64,000 nucleotides of DNA from Candidatus Nomurabacteria bacterium (GTDB lineage Bacteria > Patescibacteriota > Minisyncoccia > Phycocordibacterales > UBA9973): NCBI GenBank assembly GCA_026395965.1, contig JAPLXS010000004.1, forward strand, positions 686 through 64,685. Direction: 5' to 3'. The translations under genes and the position numbers were made by a program. Positions 38,566 through 48,147 of this stretch are shown here, one piece after another (positions within the stretch are counted from its first letter, which is position 1; the number at the start of each line of letters is the position of its first letter). The notes beneath the pieces were generated by a model. The model saw nothing but the letters and a program-made list of their open reading frames with translations. It searched no databases and had not been told where the DNA came from.

Positions 38566-39027
38566 ATGAGTGATCAAACACACAGTGAAAAAGTTTGGGA
38601 CAAAATCTTGAGTCCTAATGAAGAAGTTAAATATGAGTTCTCAATTGGAAAGCAGTATATAAAAACATATTTGATAATTTGGGCGATAATAAGTATACCT
38701 TTTGTTTTTGCAGTTGTTGGATTATTTATGTTTGCTTTAGCATTTTTGTATTTAAAAATATATTTACCAAAAGCAAATATCTACGGATTTACTAATAAGA
38801 GAGTACTGATACATAGAGGATTCTTTTCTACTGACTTAGTCAGTGTAGACTACAACAAAATTACTGATGTTACTGTTCGAGTATCTTTCTTAGATAAGAC
38901 ATTCACAAAGAGTGGACAGATATGTATTAATACAGCAGGTGGAATGGGTAAAGAAATAATCTTACAGCATGTAGCTAACCCATATGAAATTAAGAAAAAG
39001 TTGGACGGGTTAAGAGATGATAAGTAA
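38566..39027 (+). CDS. membrane protein with a bacterial PH (bPH_2/YdbS-like) domain
   Basis: Two TM helices followed by TNKRVLIHRGFFSTDLVSVDYNKITDVTV; the ORF track starts at an alternative TTG at 38524. Confidence 0.6.
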   Translation: MSDQTHSEKVWDKILSPNEEVKYEFSIGKQYIKTYLIIWAIISIPFVFAVVGLFMFALAFLYLKIYLPKANIYGFTNKRVLIHRGFFSTDLVSVDYNKITDVTVRVSFLDKTFTKSGQICINTAGGMGKEIILQHVANPYEIKKKLDGLRDDK

Positions 39028-39728
39028 TGAACATTATCTTAACTTGGAATATACGGCACGGCGGGGGCACGAGGGTAAATAAAATAATTGAAACTCTCAA
39101 GGGTCATACTGACGCTACGACCATTATTTTAACTGAGTTTAGGAATAACGATAATGCTTTACCAATACAAGAGGCACTCAAAGAACTTGGTTTCATTTAT
39201 CAATTCAAGGCACAGACTGAAATCAATAAAAATTCAGTTTTAATCGTTTCCAAAGAGAATTTTAAATACAAACTATTTCCTGAACTTACGAATCACTCCG
39301 AGCGTGTAGTAAAAGTCTATAATGATAACTATTCAATCTATGGTTGTTACTTCCCTGGAATGGATGACAAGAAATATGTGTTTGATTTCTTACTAAATGA
39401 GATTGAGAAAAACCCCAATGAGAAAATTATTATCACAGGAGATATTAATACTGGGAAACATTATATAGATGAACAGGGAGCAACCTTTGCTCATTCAGCG
39501 TATATCAACAAAATTGAAGAAAGTAATTTATTTGACGCATGGAGATATATTCACAACGACAAGAAAGACTTCAGTTGGTACAGTAGTGCGGGAAATGGAT
39601 TTAGACTAGATCACTTTTTTGTTCATAATGATTTAAAACCAAATGTTGTAAGTTGTGAATATATTCACCAATATAGAGAAGACAAGATTACAGATCATTC
39701 GATGATGGTGCTGACGTTAAGAAATTAA
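39027..39728 (+). CDS. endonuclease/exonuclease/phosphatase (EEP) family protein
   Basis: N-terminal LTWNIRHGGG, catalytic D/H near the C-terminus (ITDHSMMVL); ATGA overlap with the upstream gene. Confidence 0.7.
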   Translation: MNIILTWNIRHGGGTRVNKIIETLKGHTDATTIILTEFRNNDNALPIQEALKELGFIYQFKAQTEINKNSVLIVSKENFKYKLFPELTNHSERVVKVYNDNYSIYGCYFPGMDDKKYVFDFLLNEIEKNPNEKIIITGDINTGKHYIDEQGATFAHSAYINKIEESNLFDAWRYIHNDKKDFSWYSSAGNGFRLDHFFVHNDLKPNVVSCEYIHQYREDKITDHSMMVLTLRN

Positions 39729-40237
39729 TTATTTCCATATGCTTTCAACGCTTTTGTTTCTGCATCTTCAGTAGTTTCTAATTTTTCTGGTATCGGCATG
39801 GGAGCTAATTTAATTGTATATTCGATATTTTCTGTCTTAACTTCTTGTATGTCTTGCTTGTCACAATTAAACCAATCCTGCTCAAACTTTTTAAGTTTAA
39901 CTTTGTCAGGTATCAGATAACTAAGATCTTCTTCACTACGATATGTTCTTAGCACTCTCCTGTATTTAGGATTTCTGTGCACGAGATAAAATTTGGCTGC
40001 GTTCAAATCATTGTCTTGAATACCTCTTGCAACGACACTTTCTGCTCCGTCACTTAAAAGACTGTCACCCTCAGCTTGAGCTTCATCAGCTTTTTTAGCA
40101 AATCCAGGAATATCTTTACGCCATTGGTAATAAGTTTGACGAGATACATTCAATTTTCTACAAGCCGAACCGATAATCGGATTTGTTCTTAACTCATCTA
40201 TAAATAATTGATTGAGTTTATGCTTTTTCATCGCCAC
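39725..40237 (-). CDS. HTH protein, phage terminase small subunit-like
   Basis: ACRKLNVSRQTYYQWRKD HTH; sits next to a ParB-methylase as in phage packaging modules. Confidence 0.4.
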   Translation of the reverse strand: MAMKKHKLNQLFIDELRTNPIIGSACRKLNVSRQTYYQWRKDIPGFAKKADEAQAEGDSLLSDGAESVVARGIQDNDLNAAKFYLVHRNPKYRRVLRTYRSEEDLSYLIPDKVKLKKFEQDWFNCDKQDIQEVKTENIEYTIKLAPMPIPEKLETTEDAETKALKAYGNN

Positions 40238-41507
40238 TAATTATTACCGCTTTCTTGCCAGTCATATGCTCCCAGCGTTTTATGATCAAATCACAAAACA
40301 CTGGCTCTAGTTCACATCCATAGACTGTTCGACCTAATTGTTCTGCACAGAGGAGTGTTGAACCTGAACCCAAGAAACTATCAAGAATAATGTCACCAAC
40401 TCTGGTACAGCGTTTAATTGCTTTCTCGTGGAGTGTTATGGGCTTACTAGTGGCATGTTCATATTCTTTACCTGATAGTCTTTTAGCAGTCCAAATATCA
40501 ATGTATGAATCTACTTGCTCTAAAAGTTCATTGCCTGTACCAAGTTCTTGATTCATTACTTCGTTGTACTTTGTCATGTCTTCGGCTAAGTATGGATTTT
40601 TTCTAACTGAGTATATGCACGGCTCATACACTTTGTTAAAAGCAACGCCAGGTGTTGGGTTCTGATTGTTCTTTAACCACAAACACACTCGCTTGTTTAC
40701 TAGTCTAACGTCTCGATATATTTGTTGAATCATTCCGATATACACTTGGTCGCAGTAATAGAATACATGAGTATCAGGATGTGATACTAGAAGTCCTGCT
40801 TCTAAACTATCTTTGATAAATTTGTGATATTCAGTAAATGATCTAGCGTCATTTACTTCTCCTCCATAGTCGCCGTCACCACCAATTCCGCCCGCATAGT
40901 CTACGTTCAGATTATACACAGGATCCGAGTAAATCATTGACGATCTGTCACCACCGAACAGTTTTTGCAGATTCTCTTTTTTAGTTGAATCACCGCATAG
41001 TATCTTATGTGACCCAAGTAAAACAGTATCACCCAATTTAACAACTGGATTTTTGTTTTTCTTGATTTCTTTTTCAACATCTATATCATCCTCAACAACT
41101 TTCTTGTCCTCATCCATTAATTTTGATAATTCTATTGAATCAAAACCAATATCAAGGAGAAGTGGTGTATCAAACGATTTGAGTAAATCAAAGTCCCAAG
41201 TACCGCCTAGAGCATTTGAAGCTATTAAGTACCTCTTAGCTTCGTCTTCTGATAATTTTCTGTTGGGTACTCGGCAGTCAATTAATTCGTCACCACGACC
41301 AAGGAGTTGCATTGCTTTTAGTCGCTGATGACCCGCCAGAATTTTACCGTCAGTATCAATGACAGGTATTTCGACTAAATTAAACTTTTTTAAACTTTTC
41401 TTGAGATCTGACATTTGTTTGTCAGATATTTTTCGAGGGTTTACCTCTTGAGGCACAAGATCAACGATTCTTTTTTGAATGGTTGACCATTCTAGTAGTG
41501 TTTCCAT
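40218..41507 (-). CDS. ParB-like nuclease domain fused to a DNA methyltransferase (N4/N6 MTase, PF01555-like)
   Basis: ParB N-terminal GHQRLKA box; MTase DPPY-like motif SDPVYN and AdoMet motif LDSFLGSGST. Confidence 0.8.
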   Translation of the reverse strand: METLLEWSTIQKRIVDLVPQEVNPRKISDKQMSDLKKSLKKFNLVEIPVIDTDGKILAGHQRLKAMQLLGRGDELIDCRVPNRKLSEDEAKRYLIASNALGGTWDFDLLKSFDTPLLLDIGFDSIELSKLMDEDKKVVEDDIDVEKEIKKNKNPVVKLGDTVLLGSHKILCGDSTKKENLQKLFGGDRSSMIYSDPVYNLNVDYAGGIGGDGDYGGEVNDARSFTEYHKFIKDSLEAGLLVSHPDTHVFYYCDQVYIGMIQQIYRDVRLVNKRVCLWLKNNQNPTPGVAFNKVYEPCIYSVRKNPYLAEDMTKYNEVMNQELGTGNELLEQVDSYIDIWTAKRLSGKEYEHATSKPITLHEKAIKRCTRVGDIILDSFLGSGSTLLCAEQLGRTVYGCELEPVFCDLIIKRWEHMTGKKAVIISGDEKA

Positions 41508-41827
41508 AAATATATGAAATTATCTAATAATCGTAAATCCTATATATTTATAGGTTTCAGTATCTACGCTACTGGTGATAATTTATATTTATGGTTATTA
41601 AGTATATTTTATGCTAATACGACATTAAGCATATGCAAACGACTTAACCATATATTAAATATAACAGCATCTTTAATGCGGTCAAGAAAATGACAATATA
41701 ATTAGCATTAGAATATACTTAGTTAAAAATGGCAAATATTTTGTATCGGATACAAAGAAAATAGCTATATTTTAAAAGGAAATCATATATCTATCAGATT
41801 ATAAAAAAATTTGATATAATAAAAATT

Positions 41828-42979
41828 ATGAAAAATAATATAAATGATTTGTTTAATGATTTCTTAAAAAGCTATGATTCTGAGACTAAAGACTCCCTAT
41901 GGCTCGAGCAAAGTTCTAAATTTAAAGACTTTTGGAACAATAGGGTTATGTCTGATTCTAAGGAAGATTTAAGCGATTCAGAAATAGACGAAATCGTTAA
42001 AATTCTTGATAGAAACGGCAAAGGTAATACTTTTGGTTGTGAAGCTGTTGCCAAGGCAATGGTAGCTCAGGGAGCTTGGAGAAGAATGTTTAATGAATTA
42101 AAGAATAAGAAACACCTTGGAAAATGCTTAGATGAGATATTTAAAAATTCTGGTGACGCTAGGGCAAATTCAATTAATGAGCTCTATAAAGTAAATGAGG
42201 GTAATAAAAACGGACTAACTGGACCGAGTGGCAACGCCGTAAATGCTATGATTTTTGCATATAACCCCTCTAATAATTTAAGTATTATCTCTATTAAAGA
42301 CAGAAAAAAGTTATTAGAATATTTTAAGTTAGAAAATCATACAGATTTTGAAAATGATGCTATTGGGGAAAAGATAGTTAAATCCAATGAGGATCTTGTC
42401 AACGGATTCAAAAGCTTAAATATATATGGTTCCCCTAGAACAATAAGTACGTTTCTTTATACACCTGCAGTTAAATCTTTATGGAAAGATGAACCCGAAA
42501 ACACTTTTATCAGTTCTCCCGAAGAACAAGAAGAAGCAATTGAAATTCAAATAGAAGAAAAGCAAGACAATACGGATAGGACACTCTTTTACATGGAAAA
42601 AGAGCTTGAAAATTTCTTGATAAAAAACTGGGAAAAAACTGAATTAGGTAAAAAATATGATTTGATTGATGAAGACGGAAAATTTAGTCAACAATATCCC
42701 ACAGGAGTAGGACCAATAGATATTTTAGTGAAAGACAAAAAAGACGGAACATATGTCGTTCTTGAATTAAAAAGAAACCAAACGAGCGACGATACCATAG
42801 GTCAATTGGCTAGATACATGGGTTGGCTTGAAGAAAATAAGACAAACGGAAAACCAACGAGAGGGATAATTATTACAGGAGCATATGACAAAAGACTCTA
42901 TTATGCTTCAAAAAAGATAGTGGGTTGTGAAATATACATATACCAAGTTGATTTTAAGCTTAAGGAGTTTAAGGAATAA
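41828..42979 (+). CDS. PD-(D/E)xK nuclease superfamily protein (NucS / DUF4263-Shedu-like C-terminal domain)
   Basis: GPIDILV ... VVLELKRN ... QLARY motif block in the last about 100 aa; variable N-terminal region. Confidence 0.5.
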   Translation: MKNNINDLFNDFLKSYDSETKDSLWLEQSSKFKDFWNNRVMSDSKEDLSDSEIDEIVKILDRNGKGNTFGCEAVAKAMVAQGAWRRMFNELKNKKHLGKCLDEIFKNSGDARANSINELYKVNEGNKNGLTGPSGNAVNAMIFAYNPSNNLSIISIKDRKKLLEYFKLENHTDFENDAIGEKIVKSNEDLVNGFKSLNIYGSPRTISTFLYTPAVKSLWKDEPENTFISSPEEQEEAIEIQIEEKQDNTDRTLFYMEKELENFLIKNWEKTELGKKYDLIDEDGKFSQQYPTGVGPIDILVKDKKDGTYVVLELKRNQTSDDTIGQLARYMGWLEENKTNGKPTRGIIITGAYDKRLYYASKKIVGCEIYIYQVDFKLKEFKE

Positions 42980-42994
42980 ACATAAAATATTTAT

Positions 42995-43618
42995 ATGACT
43001 GAACCAAAAATAACTAAAGTCACGGAAATAATAGAAAACATTGATTGGTATATTGATCAGCTTACTCCAAATGAAAAGGACAAAGATTATGTAGTTAAAA
43101 CAATAGCCAACTTGTTAGAGTTTACGGCTAACTATTTTTCACAAATTGATAAGAGCGAAAGAAACACACTAAAATTAATTGCTTATCAAGCTGTTAATGA
43201 TTTGTATAAGTATAGTTCCAATGTAAAGTTTATGAACTTTTCTTCTGGATTATTCCTAAGTAGCGTCGTTAAGGGAATATTTGATCAATTAGCAGAAAAA
43301 GATATTTATGTATTTTTTGTTATAGATAATACTATGGAAGATGACAGACTCGGAGCTTTTATAACTGCTTATAGTAAAGCAGGATTTAATGTTATTGATG
43401 AACCTGAAAATGGAAAGAACCTAATTGAAGATATAAAAAGTAAGATTCTTCCAAAAAGAAATACGTTATTGATGTTCAAAAATTATGAATTAGAAAAACC
43501 AATATTAAGTAATCTTTTTGAATTTCTTCATGGTTATTCAGACGATAATAATGTAACGGGATTTAAGAGTAGTGGATATTTAGACACAAAATCTTATGCT
43601 TGGGGTATCGTTATATAA
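42995..43618 (+). CDS. hypothetical protein, likely co-transcribed with the nuclease
   Basis: 16-bp gap from the upstream gene; no motif. Confidence 0.4.
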   Translation: MTEPKITKVTEIIENIDWYIDQLTPNEKDKDYVVKTIANLLEFTANYFSQIDKSERNTLKLIAYQAVNDLYKYSSNVKFMNFSSGLFLSSVVKGIFDQLAEKDIYVFFVIDNTMEDDRLGAFITAYSKAGFNVIDEPENGKNLIEDIKSKILPKRNTLLMFKNYELEKPILSNLFEFLHGYSDDNNVTGFKSSGYLDTKSYAWGIVI

Positions 43619-43644
43619 TAATTATACTAATGAAATAATTTAAC

Positions 43645-44610
43645 TTAAAGTAAAATATTAAATAAATATCCAGTAAAAATAATTCCGACAGCTACTATTC
43701 CAGCAAAGATAAAAATCAATTTAATTTTCATAACCTTTTTCAAAATCATAAACTCTGGGAGAGATAAGGCAGTTACGGACATCATAAATGCAAGCGTCGT
43801 GCCCATTGATACTCCTTTCTCGGTTAATGCTGATACTAAGGGAATAACCCCCGCAGCGTTTGAGTAAAGAGGTATGCCAATCAATACAGCAAGCGGTACA
43901 GCATACCATTTATCTGATCCTGCATATTGAGCCAAGAAATCAGCAGGAACATAACCGTGTATCCAAGCACCAATTCCTATACCAATCAAAATATAAATCC
44001 AAACTTTCTTTAATATGTCTAAGGTGTAATCTCTGGCATAAATAATTCTTTCTTTTCTGGTCATTGTGGGTAATTCAATATTTCCATTTATTGTGTTTTG
44101 ATAAACAAATGGTTCAACTAAATTTTCAACTTTCATTTTACCAATAATAATTCCAGAAAGAATAGAAATGATAAGTCCACTTACTATATACATTAAAGCA
44201 ATCTTCCAGCCGAACATTCCAAGAAGTAACACTAAAGCTACTTCGTTTATCATTGGAGAAGCCACAAGAAATGAGAAAGTTGTCCCAAGTGGAACTCCAG
44301 CTTGAATAAATCCTAAAAACAACGGAATAGCCGAGCAAGAGCAGAAAGGAGTGACTATACCTAATAGTGAAGCTATAACATTACCCATGTATTTTCTCTT
44401 ATGAGAAAGTATCGCTCTAATTTTCTCTGGTGGTAAATATGAACGAATGATTGAAACACAAAAGATAATAACGGACATCAAGATAAATATCTTTATGGTG
44501 TCATAAATGAAAAAATTTACAGCACCACCTAAAATACTATCTTTTGAAATTTCAAATAATTTAAAAGTAGTCCAGTCTGCAAAAAGTTGTACTGGATAAA
44601 ATATACTCAT
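43645..44610 (-). CDS. permease (PF03773/DUF318 family)
   Basis: Polytopic; conserved TPFCSCSAIP motif. Confidence 0.75.
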   Translation of the reverse strand: MSIFYPVQLFADWTTFKLFEISKDSILGGAVNFFIYDTIKIFILMSVIIFCVSIIRSYLPPEKIRAILSHKRKYMGNVIASLLGIVTPFCSCSAIPLFLGFIQAGVPLGTTFSFLVASPMINEVALVLLLGMFGWKIALMYIVSGLIISILSGIIIGKMKVENLVEPFVYQNTINGNIELPTMTRKERIIYARDYTLDILKKVWIYILIGIGIGAWIHGYVPADFLAQYAGSDKWYAVPLAVLIGIPLYSNAAGVIPLVSALTEKGVSMGTTLAFMMSVTALSLPEFMILKKVMKIKLIFIFAGIVAVGIIFTGYLFNILL

Positions 44611-44849
44611 TATAGATTCTTAGAAATTATTTCTTTTAATTGATCTTTGCTAGGAAGCATTCCCACAAGAATTGGTTTATCATTAATAGTTAAAACAGGG
44701 CTACTAATTAATCCCATATTAACAATCTTTGAAACATCAGTGCTGTATAATACAGTATCATTAATATTTAATTCTTTTACTGCTTCTTGTGTTAATTCAA
44801 AAAGCATTTTACATTTTTTACACCCTGACCCAATAACTTCTATTTTCAT
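44610..44849 (-). CDS. thioredoxin-family redox-active disulfide protein 2
   Basis: 79 aa, CxxC (GSGCKKC), canonical partner of PF03773 permeases. Confidence 0.75.
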   Translation of the reverse strand: MKIEVIGSGCKKCKMLFELTQEAVKELNINDTVLYSTDVSKIVNMGLISSPVLTINDKPILVGMLPSKDQLKEIISKNL

Positions 44850-45118
44850 ATAATTTGTTTTGTTAATTCTGATTGATAATGTTTTATAACATCTTCATTT
44901 CTTGAATAGATTATTTTATTCCCGTCTCTACGACTTTTTAACAATTTTAGATCCTTTAAAATCTTCAAATGATGAGAGCTAAGGTTTTGAGGTAATTTAA
45001 GTTTTGGGTGTATCTCACAAGCACATTTTTCGCCATCTTTTAGAAAGCTTAAAATAGCCAATCTATTAGGTTCGGCAATGGTTGTGAGGTATTCTTTTAG
45101 ATTTAATTTGTTATCCAT
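44846..45118 (-). CDS. ArsR/SmtB family transcriptional regulator
   Basis: EPNRLAILSFL ... ELCV-like CAC metal site ... wing helix. Confidence 0.8.
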   Translation of the reverse strand: MDNKLNLKEYLTTIAEPNRLAILSFLKDGEKCACEIHPKLKLPQNLSSHHLKILKDLKLLKSRRDGNKIIYSRNEDVIKHYQSELTKQII

Positions 45119-45254
45119 AAATACTATATCAACGTATATTGATATAGTATCACTAACATAAACAAAAGCAAATTAGCTCTTTAGATAATGTGGTAAATAG
45201 TTGAAAACTTCAATAGCCAAAGTGGTGTCAGTATTGTCAGTATTCCTTTAAATA

Positions 45255-45400
45255 TAAGGTGCCCGAGACACGTCGTTTTGGTATAATAAAGTTTAACCGA
45301 TAAGCCTTGCGGGGTAATGAACCCGACCGTTCTGGCACGAAAACGCCAGCCACCTTGAGCACGTCTCGAATGCTCTAGATGCTTAGAAATTATTATTAAT
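45255..45400 (+). promoter_or_regulatory. promoter plus structured leader element E1 (paralog of 46268-46400)
   Basis: gtgcccgagacacgtcgttttggtataataaag shares about 80% identity with the start of E2; an inverted repeat cgagac...gtctcg brackets a GC-rich roughly 90-nt leader. Confidence 0.35.
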
Positions 45401-45407
45401 AAATAGT

Positions 45408-46256
45408 ATGGATCAAGTCTCAGTATTAACATTAGTAAACTTATCAAAAGACATAGCACAACTTAATTTAGGATATTTAGGAATATCAGTAGCTATTTTG
45501 GGTGTATTGGGTGGAGTTTTCATCTATTTTAATATTAAACCACTTAAAGAAGCTCTCGATAAACAAGAGATAAAAATTGATGATTTAAAAAAGGAAGCTC
45601 ATGATTTATTAGATCAATCAAAAGAACAATCCGACAAAACCTTAGAAGAATTTAAATCAAATCAATTAGACACATTAGATAAAATTTTTAAACAGCAGAA
45701 AAATGAAATAGATCTTGAAACTAAAAACAAAATTCAAGAATCTCAAAATATTCTTTCTGATAAAATTGAAAATATTTCAGAAGACAAAGATAAAAAAATA
45801 AAAGAAATAATTTTGTCTGAAACCAATAATAATATTTCTAAGTTGGATAAAGATTTAACATTAAATATAAACACCTTAAAAGAAGGTGTTTCTACAGAAA
45901 TTAAATCTCTTAATTCAGATTTGAAATTAAAAATTAAAATATTGGGAGAGAAGATTAAAGAATTACAAGTTTATAGATATAGTAAAGAAGGACAAATGGG
46001 GGCTATAATTTATTCTATTGAATTGCTTGAAGATGCTATAGATGACTATGTAAAATTTAAGGATCTATTTAAGGATGATTTTAATAAAGAAAAATTTGGA
46101 TGGAAAATAAATTTCAGATTAGAGGGGTTGATAAAAGAAATAGGAGATCTTTCCATAGAAGAAGAATATAAGACAAAAATTAATTTACAAATAAAAAAAG
46201 TTGAAAATGAAATTATTTTTGGTACTTTGATAGATAGTCTTAAGAAAAAACTTTAG
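45408..46256 (+). CDS. coiled-coil membrane-anchored hypothetical protein
   Basis: N-terminal TM, K/E-rich heptads. Confidence 0.45.
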   Translation: MDQVSVLTLVNLSKDIAQLNLGYLGISVAILGVLGGVFIYFNIKPLKEALDKQEIKIDDLKKEAHDLLDQSKEQSDKTLEEFKSNQLDTLDKIFKQQKNEIDLETKNKIQESQNILSDKIENISEDKDKKIKEIILSETNNNISKLDKDLTLNINTLKEGVSTEIKSLNSDLKLKIKILGEKIKELQVYRYSKEGQMGAIIYSIELLEDAIDDYVKFKDLFKDDFNKEKFGWKINFRLEGLIKEIGDLSIEEEYKTKINLQIKKVENEIIFGTLIDSLKKKL

Positions 46257-46267
46257 TAAAATTTTAT

Positions 46268-46400
46268 GTGCTTGAGATACGTCGTTGTTATATTATAAAA
46301 GTAGTAAAAATGACCTTTCAGGGTAAGGAACTAAAAGGTTCTAACTCGAGACGGCTAGCAGTCTAGTTTTTTGTGCTAAGTGATTCAGACGGGTTAATTA
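46268..46400 (+). promoter_or_regulatory. promoter plus leader element E2
   Basis: gtgcttgagatacgtcgttgttatattataaaag ... tctag ... tgctaag, parallel to E1. Confidence 0.35.
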
Positions 46401-46404
46401 CCTT

Positions 46405-46854
46405 ATGAAATGTTATAATACAAACATGATGCAAATAATTATTCGAGTAAGAGGTGTTATTATAAATAAAGATAAATTACTCCTAGTTGGTATTGTTGGT
46501 AATGATTATATGTGTCTTCCGGGCGGAAAACTTGAACACGGAGAAGATGTTAAAGAATGTTTAAAAAGAGAATTGATAGAAGAACTTGGAGTAAGTCCAG
46601 TTATAGGTAATCTTTTATATGTGAATACTTTTATAGATAAAAATAATGACCATAATCTTGATTTTATTTTTGAAATTTTAAATGGGGAAGATTATGTTGA
46701 TTTAGATGGATTAGAAAGAACTCATGCTTTTGAATTGGATAATATAAATTGGGTTACTAGAGATAATAATACAAATTTTCGTCCAAAAACTATAATAAAT
46801 GATTTTAAAAATGATAGTATTTCTTCCAGTGAAGTTAAATATATAAAAGATTAA
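46405..46854 (+). CDS. NUDIX hydrolase
   Basis: Nudix box GGKLEHGEDVKECLKRELIEELGV. Confidence 0.8.
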   Translation: MKCYNTNMMQIIIRVRGVIINKDKLLLVGIVGNDYMCLPGGKLEHGEDVKECLKRELIEELGVSPVIGNLLYVNTFIDKNNDHNLDFIFEILNGEDYVDLDGLERTHAFELDNINWVTRDNNTNFRPKTIINDFKNDSISSSEVKYIKD

Positions 46855-46931
46855 ATAAACTATAAACAACTCCCCAAACCAACCCGCCAACCCACCAAGT
46901 ATTTTATTCTTATTATTAGTATAATAAGAAT

Positions 46932-47852
46932 ATGAAAAACAAAATACTAATATTGGTTATTGTATTATTACTTATCGTGGCAGGTTCCATCGCGTATTTA
47001 TTTTACTTTAAAAATATAAAACCAGTACTGAGTCCAGTTGTAAATATAAATCCCGCTATTGAATACAACAATACAGAGTATGGGTTTTCTTTTGCATTAC
47101 CTGACGATTGGAAGGGTTATTCTATAATTCAAAATAATTGGGAGGGGAATCCATTAAATAACTCTTCATCAAAAGAGATTGGTCCAAAAATAATAATAAG
47201 AAATCCTAACTGGACTTCAACTCTACCATATGAGGATATACCAATAATGATTTTTACTTTGAAACAGTGGAATTCATACTTAGCAGAAGATTTTTCTGTG
47301 GGGGCCGCTCCTATTCCTGCAATCGAATTGGCGAGAAACAATGCTTTTGTTCTCGCTCTCCCTGCGCGTTGGAATTTTGATTATAGTAAAGGTTTTGAAC
47401 AAGCAGATAGTATTATAAAATCTAATCCAATAAAAGTATTTAATGTAAATATCGTTTCATATTTAAAAGATGGCATACAGTGTTATACCTATAATCATAA
47501 AGCTACAAATACAGAGCCATATAATGTAAATGAATTTATAAATATGACAATAAAAGACAATGTGATTAGTGGAACTAAAACAGGGAACCAGAGCGGACCT
47601 GATATGACCAATGGTTATTTTGGAACTATAAATGGAACTTGGAGCGAGAATACAATCGATGTTGTATACGCATATGCAGTAGAAGGTTCTAAAAATAAGG
47701 AAAAAGAAATATATAAAATAAGAGAAGATCAGAGGGGAATTGAAAAATTAAGATATCAATTGGTTGAGAAAAATGGAATACTCGTACCTGATACTACAAA
47801 GGAATTTAAAACAATGCTATATGCTAGAGTGGATTGTAATGCCTCTAATTAA
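46932..47852 (+). CDS. membrane-anchored hypothetical protein
   Basis: Signal anchor ILILVIVLLLIVAGSIAYLF. Confidence 0.45.
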   Translation: MKNKILILVIVLLLIVAGSIAYLFYFKNIKPVLSPVVNINPAIEYNNTEYGFSFALPDDWKGYSIIQNNWEGNPLNNSSSKEIGPKIIIRNPNWTSTLPYEDIPIMIFTLKQWNSYLAEDFSVGAAPIPAIELARNNAFVLALPARWNFDYSKGFEQADSIIKSNPIKVFNVNIVSYLKDGIQCYTYNHKATNTEPYNVNEFINMTIKDNVISGTKTGNQSGPDMTNGYFGTINGTWSENTIDVVYAYAVEGSKNKEKEIYKIREDQRGIEKLRYQLVEKNGILVPDTTKEFKTMLYARVDCNASN

Positions 47853-47860
47853 TTATTTCT

Positions 47861-48115
47861 ATGAAAAATAATAAAATTTGGTTTGTAAATAAAACTTATG
47901 GGTATGGTTGGACACCATATACTTGGGAGGGGTGGCTTGTGTTGCTTTTTTGGCTTATTCTTTTTATTCCTCTAACTTTATTTGCAAAGTATAATTGGAT
48001 TTTAAGTACCACAGGAATATTGTTTATATCGGGTTTATTAATATATGTTTGCTACAAAAAGGGGGAGAAGCCTAAATGGCAATGGGGAAAAAGAAAAGAT
48101 ATAAATAGTAAATAA
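47861..48115 (+). CDS. small membrane protein
   Basis: Two TM helices, W-rich. Confidence 0.35.
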   Translation: MKNNKIWFVNKTYGYGWTPYTWEGWLVLLFWLILFIPLTLFAKYNWILSTTGILFISGLLIYVCYKKGEKPKWQWGKRKDINSK

Positions 48116-48147
48116 TCCGTATAGACGTCCAACATCTATGGCTATAG

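Noticed and set aside
41508-41827. Long AT-rich intergenic region as a possible origin of replication or second ncRNA
   Set aside because: No DnaA-box-like 9-mers or iterons were seen, and the composition matches a generic divergent promoter region. Only the ttgtatc-g-gatacaa palindrome stands out; it is noted under the nuclease finding.
45181-45459. 92-aa minus-strand ORF
   Set aside because: It lies over the E1 promoter/leader element and the start of the plus-strand gene; low-complexity Leu-rich translation.
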